Origin: Octopus vulgaris
Lineage: Eukaryota
Assembly: GCA_951406725.2 (NCBI GenBank)
Contig: OX597837.1
Coordinates: 26,660,001 to 26,724,000 of the forward strand
Direction: 5' to 3'
Length of the DNA: 64,000 nt
In this document: positions 55,143 through 64,000 of the stretch, piece after piece
Numbering within the stretch: the stretch's first letter is position 1
How the letters are laid out: each line of letters begins with the position of its first letter
Notes under the pieces: generated by a model
What the model was told of the DNA's origin: nothing
The model's database searches: none
Seen by the model: only the letters and a program-made list of their open reading frames with translations
Translations under genes and position numbers: made by a program

Positions 55143-55723
55143 TAGTGCAATTTTACGGTTTGAAAACTCTTCTCTTTTTCCAGTTTTCAAGACAGTGCTC
55201 CAGCATGGCCGCAGTCTAATGACTGAAACAAGTGAAAGATAAAAGATAAAAGATTTTTAATTAATAATTAATGTATGTGTATGTATGTGTGTGTGTGTGG
55301 GGGGGGATTGGAGATTGGGGGCGGAGAAGGGTATCTTGAGGGAGGGTGGAGTTTGCTCGTGTATGTGTGATGTGTGTGTAGATATGTGTGTGTGTGTGAT
55401 GTGTGTTATTATTTCATTTTCGTCCGCCTTCACGTTCTGAGATCGAATTTCGCCGAGGTCAACTTTGCTTTTCATCCTTTCGGGGTCGATAAATCAAATA
55501 CCAGTTGAATACTGGAGTCGATGTAATTGACTACCCCCACCCCGAAATTTCAGGCCTTATGCCTATAATAGAAAGGATTTTTATTATCATCATCATCATC
55601 ATCATTATTATCATTATCATCATCATCATCATCAGTATTATCATTATCATCATCATTATTATCATTATCATCATCATTATTATTATCATTATTATTGTTA
55701 TTATTATTATTATTATTATTATG

Positions 55724-55762
<39 letters not shown>

Positions 55763-55769
55763 GTCATCA

Positions 55770-56880
55770 CTTAAGTGAGTCGCACATGCCATCAAAGTGA
55801 CACCAGGGTACAAATATACGAAGCCCAGTTTACCCATCATGACTACCCGTTTGATAAGAGCACACCAGGCACATGCATCACAACCATATTTGTGTGACAT
55901 GATGACTTCAAATCAAGATAAATAACGCATGAACTTGCAGTCGGGATTCAAAATTTTCTTCAGGTCGAGTGGCCCATCCCGTTCAAAAGGTCCCTAAATA
56001 AAGGTTAAGGATAATGAACAAAACACCCATGTTTCCAGAAGTGAATTATCCAAACCTCCAAGAATTCCTCTCAACATATGGCTATGATACTCCCCCTCCT
56101 CCACTACCCCTGCTCTTGCATATATTGCCAGCCACTAAGGGACATGCTCAACTGGTTAAATCATCATCATTGTTCGACCGTGGTCGAGACAATGGAATTT
56201 ACTATGTTACGCCAGACTTCACGGTCCATCATAGCATTACGGAGGTCCTGTTACTGGATGCCTGTATCCCTGGAGATTAAATCAGGGTAGGAGAGTGTGC
56301 GCCCTCTGGTATCGTAAGCAGATGGCTTCCAGAGGAGAAGAGTAGAAATTACCTCGTTTTCAGCTCTACAACAATGTCCAGCAAACTGGACTCTTCTACC
56401 TTTCACAAGAGATGATACAGGTGGTTATTTCCCATATATTTGCACACTGGTTGGATTTCACCATCCATACTCTCAACAATACGCTCTTAAATATGGTTTC
56501 TGATTACAAATATCTCGGGTCATACATATCATCATCTGAAAATGATTTTCTAACTAGAAAGGGTATGGCCTGGTCAGCTTGTAATGATATGCATAAGATC
56601 TGATCATCAAATCTAAGTAGAGATTTCAAACTTAAAATCTTCAAAGCCACAGTCGAACCAGTTCTACTATATGGCTCAGAAACCTGGCCGTTATCAAAGA
56701 AGCTTGAGAGGCAGTTGGATGGAACCTACACTCGCCTCCTTATGGGAGCTCAAAGTCTCTCGTGGAAGCGTCATCCAACCAAAACTGGTTAAAGGCCAAG
56801 CAAGTGAGAAACAAATCTGTGGTACTGAGCGGAAGATTTGCTGTAGCCCATCTTTTACACCAAGAAAAAACATGTACTTG
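55770..56880 (-). mobile_element. Probable older retroposon ending in (TAA)n that hosts the RTE insertion
   Basis: Unique-looking sequence lies on both sides of the RTE TSD and its minus-strand 3' end runs into (AAT)n; family not identifiable from this window. Confidence 0.4.
56161..56783 (-). mobile_element. 5'-truncated RTE-clade LINE with 5' inversion and 11-bp TSD
   Basis: Minus 56161-56456 encodes VQIYGK*PPVSSLVKGRRVQFAGHCCRAENE..RGRTLSYPDLISRDTG..AMMDREVWR plus (TGA)n tail. Plus 56457-56783 encodes the upstream DYKYLGSYI..LLYGSETW..SWKRHPTK. TSD aactggttaaa at 56150-56160 and 56783-56793. Confidence 0.85.
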
Positions 56881-57139
56881 TTAGTACTTTCAATTAGTTA
56901 AGATCAGAAACTATGGGAGCCAGTGCCTGGTACTACATCAAAGTATCTATCACCTTTGCCGTTGTCGTCGTCATTAGTACTATGTACATACGAGGGTGCA
57001 AAACGAAATCTATTCAACTGAGATCAATAGAATGAGTACGAGGCTGAAACAGGTATTTAGGAATCAATATGATTGACTATCGACTCTCAACTGCCCCAGC
57101 ATGGCCGCAATCCAATGATTAAAGCTATTAAAAGCGTCT

Positions 57140-57248
57140 GCTGTATCTACTTTGGTTTAAGTCGTATTTTTTTTGCGCGTAATATCAGTAACGAAGATCA
57201 GGGGTGCGGCTTATATATGCGTGTTACTTATACACGAATAAATACGGT
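57140..57248 (+). mobile_element. Pogo/Tigger-like MITE remnant
   Basis: End ggggtgcggcttatat..ttatacacgaataaatacgg resembles this MITE class. Confidence 0.4.
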
Positions 57249-57251
57249 CTG

Positions 57252-57332
<81 letters not shown>

Positions 57333-57356
57333 GTTTGTATGTATATATACATATAC

Positions 57357-57405
<49 letters not shown>

Positions 57406-57779
57406 TGTGTTTGTGTACGTGTGTGTGTGTATTCATGCATATATATGTATATATCTATATACATGTATGTGCGTGTATATATATATATATATATGCACGC
57501 GCGCTAATTAGGAAGGTGTGCATTAGAGAAACAAAAACGTACAAGAAGCAAGGAGGTAACAAAAACAAAAGTAACAAAAAGAACTATTTAACAATAACAA
57601 CAACAACAACAACAACAAATTATTCGAATTATAGAAAAATCTGGTAAGCTGGGGGTTAGAACGTTCTAGACGGTTAATGCCAAAAATTTATTGAATTTCT
57701 GCCAAATAACTGTTCTTCGCTTTTGAAAATGAAATCATATACCGCAAGATTAAAAACTGTTGCTTTACAGTTTCATAAC

Positions 57780-57841
57780 TTCTCTCTTTCTCTCTCTCTC
57801 CCTCCTTCTCTCTCTCTCTCCCTCCTTCTCTCTCGCCCTCC

Positions 57842-57919
<78 letters not shown>

Positions 57920-58140
57920 CCTCCTTCTCTCTCTCTCTCTCGCCCTCCCTCCTTCTCTCTCTCTCTCTCTCGCTCTCCCTCCTTCTCTCTCTCGCCCTCC
58001 CTCCTTCTCTCTCTCTCTCTCTCGCTCTCCCTCCTTCTCTCTCTCGCCCTCCCTCCTTCTCTCTCTCTCTCTCTCGCTCTCCCTCCTTCTCTCTCTCGCC
58101 CTCCCTCCTTCTCTCTCTCTCTCTCTCTCTCTTTCCCTCT
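57780..58140 (+). repeat. Polypyrimidine minisatellite (ctcgccctccctccttctct...)
   Basis: Recurring cgccctccctcc anchor within (CT)n. Confidence 0.85.
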
Positions 58141-58637
58141 CGGTCTTTTTTTTTTAAAAAAAAAGGCTTATTTTTCTTCTTCTTGTGGTTTCAATGTCAT
58201 AAAACTTCCTTTTTTCATTCCTAAATAATTGCTCCTAAAATTGTTCATTAATTGCTCGGTAAATGCACAAAAATTTCTCACTAAATACCAACTAATTGCA
58301 CTAAATATTTTACGAAATCGAAATAAACGCGCGTTTGTGTGTGCGTGCGTGCGTGTGTGTGTGTGTGTGTGTGTGTAAGAGAACACCCAAGTCCTTAAAT
58401 ATTAACTAGGAACTCTAATTTTGCCCTTCGTCATTGCAAGGTCAATAACTTCGTGAACTATTCAAGTCCTGGGAGCTTGTATTCGTCACAGAGCCGAGAT
58501 GTCAATGAACTTGAACATTAGATTAAATTTAGATGGATTAAAATCAACAGTAAAACTTAGTAGTCTTTGTTAATACCACTTACAAATAATATAAACCAAA
58601 TATCCTAATGAGGAAAAAAATAGTACTAGAGCGAATT

Positions 58638-58703
58638 AGGTTCTATCGAGGTTTGAACTCGGATCGCTGGATTCAGAGTGCTAAGCATTACCCCCATTGG
58701 ACC
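58638..58703 (-). pseudogene. tRNA-Gln(CTG)-derived pseudogene
   Basis: Minus strand ggtccaatgggggtaatgcttagcactctgaatccagcgatccgagttcaaacctcgatagaacct matches metazoan tRNA-Gln except for a 7-nt deletion in the anticodon arm and point changes; T7 run about 18 nt downstream; no CCA. Confidence 0.75.
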
Positions 58704-58789
58704 GAAGTCAAATAACTTAAAGACGTAAAAGAATTTAAATATTTTTTTTAACTGGCGAATCAGTCACTGGTGAACGTAGTATTGGTTTC

Positions 58790-59570
58790 AAATTTTGGCA
58801 GAAATTTCGAGGAAGGGGTTGAGTGGATTTCAAATTGACCCCAGTTCTCAAACAGTACTTATCTTATCGACCCCGAAAGGATGAAAGGCGAAGTCTTTGA
58901 AATCAGATTGTAAAGACGGACGAAATACTGCAAAGGATTTTGCCCTGCTGTGCTAACGATTCTTTTCTACTCTAGGCACAAGGCCCGAAATTTTGGGGGA
59001 GGAGGCCAGTCGATTAGATCGACCCCAGTACGCAACTTATACTTAATTTATCGACCCCCGAGTTCAAATTCCGCCGAGGTAGACTTTGCCTTTCATCCTT
59101 TCGTAGTCGATTAAATAAGTATCAGTTACGCACTGAGGTCGATGTAATCGGCTTAACACGTTTGTCTGTCCTTGTTTGTCCCCTCTATGTTTAGCTCCTT
59201 GTGGGTAGTAAAGAAATACGTATTTCGTCTGCCGTTACGTTCTGAGTTCAAATTCCTCCGAGGTCGACTTTGCCTTTCATCCTTTCGAGGTCGATAAATT
59301 AAGTACCAGTTACGCACTGGGGTCGATATAATCGACGTAATCCGTCTGTCTGTCCTTGTTTGTCCCCTCTGTGTTTATCCCCTTGTAGGTAGTAAAGAAA
59401 TAGGTATTTCACCTGTCGCTACGTTCTGAGTTCAAATCCCGCCGAGGTCGACTTTGCCTTTCATCCTTTCTGGGTCGATAAATTAAGTACCAGTGAAACA
59501 CAGGGGTTGATGAAATCGACTGGACCCCTTCCCCCAAATTTCAGGCATTGTGCCTATAACGGAAAGGATT
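58790..59570. mobile_element. Cluster of family A SINEs: two minus-strand pieces, then a plus-strand three-core array with alternative tail
   Basis: Minus 58790-58960 and 58963-59058; plus 59060-59570. Confidence 0.8.
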
Positions 59571-59829
59571 ATTATTATCTTTATCGTTATTATATACACC
59601 ATCGACAAACTTGACTGTAAAAATGGGGGTAGAGAACGGGTATAGGTGAGAGAGGAAGAGTGAGTGTAATATACTGTAAATTGGGGTGTATTAAACTGAA
59701 TAAGAAAAAAAAATGTATCAAGATGAGGTACAACGGAAGGAAGAATTAGGGAAGGATCGGCAGACAGCCGAAGGGTTGTGAAAAGAGATATATGAGAACT
59801 GGAGAGAAGGGGATGGTGCAGAAGATAGA

Positions 59830-59989
<160 letters not shown>

Positions 59990-60001
59990 AAGATAGAAAG
60001 G

Positions 60002-60089
<88 letters not shown>

Positions 60090-60240
60090 GAAGTGCTCAG
60101 AGAGAAGAGCGAAGAAAAATACATAGAGAGGTGTTGGGTGAGATAAATAGGATAGAGGGATCACGTACATATTATTCGTGCATGTGTATATATGAATGTG
60201 TGAGTGTGTGGTGTGTGTCATGCGTATGTGTGTGTGTATA

Positions 60241-60505
60241 CCCTTCGAAACGCGGAGTAGATGAAACAGAGGCGGCTGAAGAAGGGGAGTTTTCCTTGTG
60301 TTGTATCTCTTGTACTCTATTTTTTCGTTGTTTAAAAGAAATGTCCAGTTCCTTGGTTTTGTGTTAATGTTTTCGTTTCTCATCGTGTTCGACGTTTTTT
60401 TTTCTTGGTGTCCTGTACTCATATATGCATGTATATATACATGTAGAGGTAGGCACGTACATATATGTATGTATATATGCATATGTTTTATTTATTAATT
60501 TGTTA
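60241..60505 (+). mobile_element. Family P6 dispersed repeat (longest copy)
   Basis: Homologous to 14682-14930. Confidence 0.6.
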
Positions 60506-60512
60506 TTATATA

Positions 60513-60908
60513 TGTGGCTGTGTGGTAAGTAGCTTGCTAACCAGCCACATGGTTCCGGGTTCAGTCCCACTGCGTGGTATCTTGGGCAAGTGTCTTCTGC
60601 TATAGCCCCGGGCCGACCAATGCCTTGTGAGTGGATTTGGTAGACAGAAACTGAAAGAAGCCTGTCGTATATATATATATATAAGTGTGTGTATATGTTT
60701 GTGTGTCTGTGTTTGTCCCCCTAGCATTGCTTGATAACCAATGCTGGTGTGTTTACGTCCCCGTCACTTAGCGGTTCGACAAAAGAGACCGATAGAATAA
60801 GTACTGGGCTTACAAAGAATAAGTCCCGGGGTCGATATGCTCGACTAAAGGCGGTGCTCCAGCATAGCCGCAGTCAAATGACTGAAACAAGTAAAAGAGT
60901 AAAGAGAG
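60513..60908 (+). mobile_element. SINE family B
   Basis: Near full length. Confidence 0.9.
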
Positions 60909-61164
60909 TATATATATATAAGTTCAGCAACAATTTAGATTCAAATGAATATGGCACTTAATCTCATCTTTATCTGTATATTTACCTTCCCTAAGATGTT
61001 ATTAATTGATTTGAAAGCTTTATATTATTGGAAAACCTATATAAAATTAGCTGAAGATTACTCGGCATCTTAAATCTGCTGTAATATTTACAGCTTTTAA
61101 TAAAATGTTGTAGTATGAAACAATTGTACTAAATTACCGGATTCATTCTTGTTGCTTATTTTTG

Positions 61165-61266
<102 letters not shown>

Positions 61267-61444
61267 TATATATGTATATGCACACAATGACAAGGGAAAA
61301 AGGGGAAAACGAGTAAAGAAACTGAGAAAAGGAACGATACAGAGAGACAAGGAAGGATATACTGAGCGAGAAATAACACAAGAAGTAGGTGGGATAAAGG
61401 AAAGAGTAGAAGGGTCAGAAGAGTAAGAGAGAGAAAGTGTGCAC

Positions 61445-61480
<36 letters not shown>

Positions 61481-61704
61481 GAGAGGGAGGAAGATGGGGG
61501 GTAAGAGAGAGGTGGAAGGGAAGATGGGTGTCAAAAAATAAGTAAATAAATGACTATATGTTGTAAGAATTGTGATAAAAAGAAGAAAAATTGTTGAACA
61601 TGATGACATTTATGTCTCCTCTTTTTGGTACAGAGTATCGTCTGCTTTTTAACGATCGTGTGTATATGAAGGGTGTATATATGTGGGGAATGTACGTAAC
61701 ATAA

Positions 61705-61767
<63 letters not shown>

Positions 61768-61956
61768 TGCACGCTAGCACACATAGTACATACGTACGTG
61801 TATATGTGTGGTATGAATACCAAAATGAAGAACTCAACACGGGTGGCAACGGGGTATCTCTCATGTTCCAGTTCTACAGTTTGCAAGACTTCTGGTACAA
61901 ATGACTCTATCGAATGAGGTCATTTGTACCAAAGACATCTGGCGGATTGCAAACTT

Positions 61957-61999
<43 letters not shown>

Positions 62000-62756
62000 A
62001 CGTGCGTGTGCGTACGTGTGTGTCTGTGTGCGTACATGTGTGTGTGTGTGTGTCTCTGTGTGTGTGTCTGTGCGTGTGTGTGCATGAACATATAAGTCAG
62101 TATGTATATGTGTGTATATATATATATGTGTATCTGTGTATGCATGTATTATATATGTGTGCATATGTATGTATATGTATATAGGTATGCGTGCATACAT
62201 CTACGTGTGTGTGTGTGTGTTTGGTAATTGACATTATAATGCCGCGAATTTCAACTTTATTATTCATTGTAATATTATATTATATATTATAATGCATTAT
62301 AATATATTATAATATATTATAATATATTATAATACATTATACATTATAATGTATTATTATCTCACTTTCTTGGGTTATTCTTAATCACTTGCTTTCAATT
62401 TTCTGTCTTTGTCTCACTCTTCCATTACATCTTCATCAACATTATTACTATCATCACCACCATCGTCATCATCATCATCCCCACCACCATCACTCTCCTA
62501 CAACCCCCCCCCACAGTCATCATCACCATCGCAACAACCACCATCCGGTTCGTGGGGGTCGATGGAATCGACTAACTCTCCCCACCCAAGAAATTGCTGG
62601 CTTTGTGCCAAAATGAGAAAGAATTATTATTGTTGTTGTTTGTGCCTTGCGGTGTTCGATCCAGTTCTTTACGTTCTTACTATAAATCCCACCGAGTTCA
62701 ACTTTGCCTTCCATTCTTGCGAGGTCGATAAAATAAAGTATGATGCAATAGATTTA

Positions 62757-62925
62757 GAGCGGCGACCTGGCTGAATCGTTAGCACGTCGGGCATAATGCG
62801 TAGCAGCATTTACGTTCTGAGTTCAAATTCTACCGAGGTCGATTTTGCCTTTCATCCTTTCGTGGTCGATAAATTAAGTACCAGTTACGCACTGGAGTCA
62901 GTGTAATCGATTTGCCACCGCCCAC
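62757..62925 (+). mobile_element. SINE family A monomer, diverged
   Basis: Head and core present. Confidence 0.75.
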
Positions 62926-62943
62926 AAAAAAATAATTCCTATA

Positions 62944-63105
62944 GCAGGAGTGGCTGTGTGGTAAGTAGCTTGCTTACCAACCACATGGTTCCGGGTTCAG
63001 TCCCACTGCGTGGCACCTTGGGCAAGTGTCTTCTACTATAGCCTCGGGCCAACCAAAGCCTTGTGAGTAGATTTGGTAGACGGAAACTGAAAGAAGCCCG
63101 TCGTA

Positions 63106-63136
<31 letters not shown>

Positions 63137-63360
63137 GTTTGGGGGTGTGTGTGTTTGTGTGTCTGTGTTTGTCCCCCTAGCATTGCTTGACAACCGATGC
63201 TGGTGTGTGTATGTCCCCGTTACTTAGCGGTTCGGCAAAAAGAGACCGATAGAATAAGTACTGGGCTTACATAAGTCCCGGGGTCGAGTTGCTCGATTAA
63301 AGGCGGTGCTCCAGCATGGCCGCAGTCAAATGACTGAAACAAGTAAAAGAGTAAAAGAGT
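62944..63360 (+). mobile_element. SINE family B, full length
   Basis: Complete from head to tail. Confidence 0.9.
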
Positions 63361-63382
63361 AATGAGTTAGATAGGATTTTTG

Positions 63383-63759
63383 TTATTACTCCCGCCCTCG
63401 TTAAAGTAGAGATTATTGTCTTCGGCGGTATTTGTTTGTTTGTCCGTGGACAAAATATCTCGAGAACCGCAGGGTAGATTCGGATGAAACTTTCAGGGAT
63501 GTTTAGCCTCTGGATCGGCACAAACCGATTAGATTTTGGGATCGATCCGGTACCGAACAAAGATTCTGGATGATTTTTCTTGTATTTTTTGGGGTTTTTT
63601 TACTTAATTTTTGAGAGCGGTCGAGTTCATTTTTAATATTCTCGTTTATGAGAGCAGTCGAGTTTATTTCAGATATTCTCATTCTAAAAATCATCTCTGG
63701 CTAATCATTGAGAGGACATTGGTGTTGCCTTGGCGGAAGTTTCAGCTCTCTGAGTGCTC

Positions 63760-63762
<3 letters not shown>
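63383..63762 (+). mobile_element. Helentron-associated (HINE/DINE-1-like) element, complete
   Basis: 5' ttattactcccgcc subterminal repeat, gtttgtttgtcc microsatellite, 3' ccttggcggaag plus short hairpin gctctctgagtgc, T-rich ends. Confidence 0.7.
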
Positions 63763-63790
<28 letters not shown>

Positions 63791-63805
63791 CATCATTATT
63801 ATTAT

Positions 63806-63934
63806 TCAGTAGTTTTATTTTTATAACGTGTTTTCACTTCACTACCAAACGCAGTTCTGTGTGCCTTGGGTATATGCTGTGGTTTGCTGTGATGCTCTTA
63901 TGGTTACTGTATTGAAAGTGTTTTGCGTAGGATG

Positions 63935-63936
<2 letters not shown>
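63806..63936 (-). mobile_element. Third R4/Dong-like 3' end, flanked on both sides by (TAA)n
   Basis: Minus strand reads HILRKTLSIQ* plus a 3' UTR ending actactgaataataat. Confidence 0.7.
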
Positions 63937-63998
<62 letters not shown>

Positions 63999-64000
63999 AT

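Overview
Repeat-saturated eukaryotic genomic DNA, most likely an octopus (inferred from the tRNA-derived SINE families and the very high microsatellite load). Almost all entries in the ORF track are microsatellite or SINE translations. One credible host coding feature was found: a first exon at 26873-27031 (+) encoding a signal peptide and a CxxxC motif and ending at a GTGAGT donor; no convincing downstream exon lies in the window. The rest comprises at least four SINE families (one forming ~178-bp tandem arrays), mariner/hAT/Kolobok-type MITEs, Helentron-type HINEs, decayed Tx1/L1, RTE, R4/Dong and Penelope fragments, and a tRNA-Gln pseudogene. The most striking signal is at least four unrelated families of short elements, mostly in or next to (TA)n tracts, that carry minimal type I hammerhead ribozyme motifs and show the tandem plus inverted layout of Penelope-like pseudo-LTRs; two families have non-canonical cores shared between copies. 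Also notable are an RTE LINE with a twin-priming-type 5' inversion and R4/Dong 3' ends inside (TAA)n tracts. All calls were made by eye; coordinates of decayed elements are approximate.
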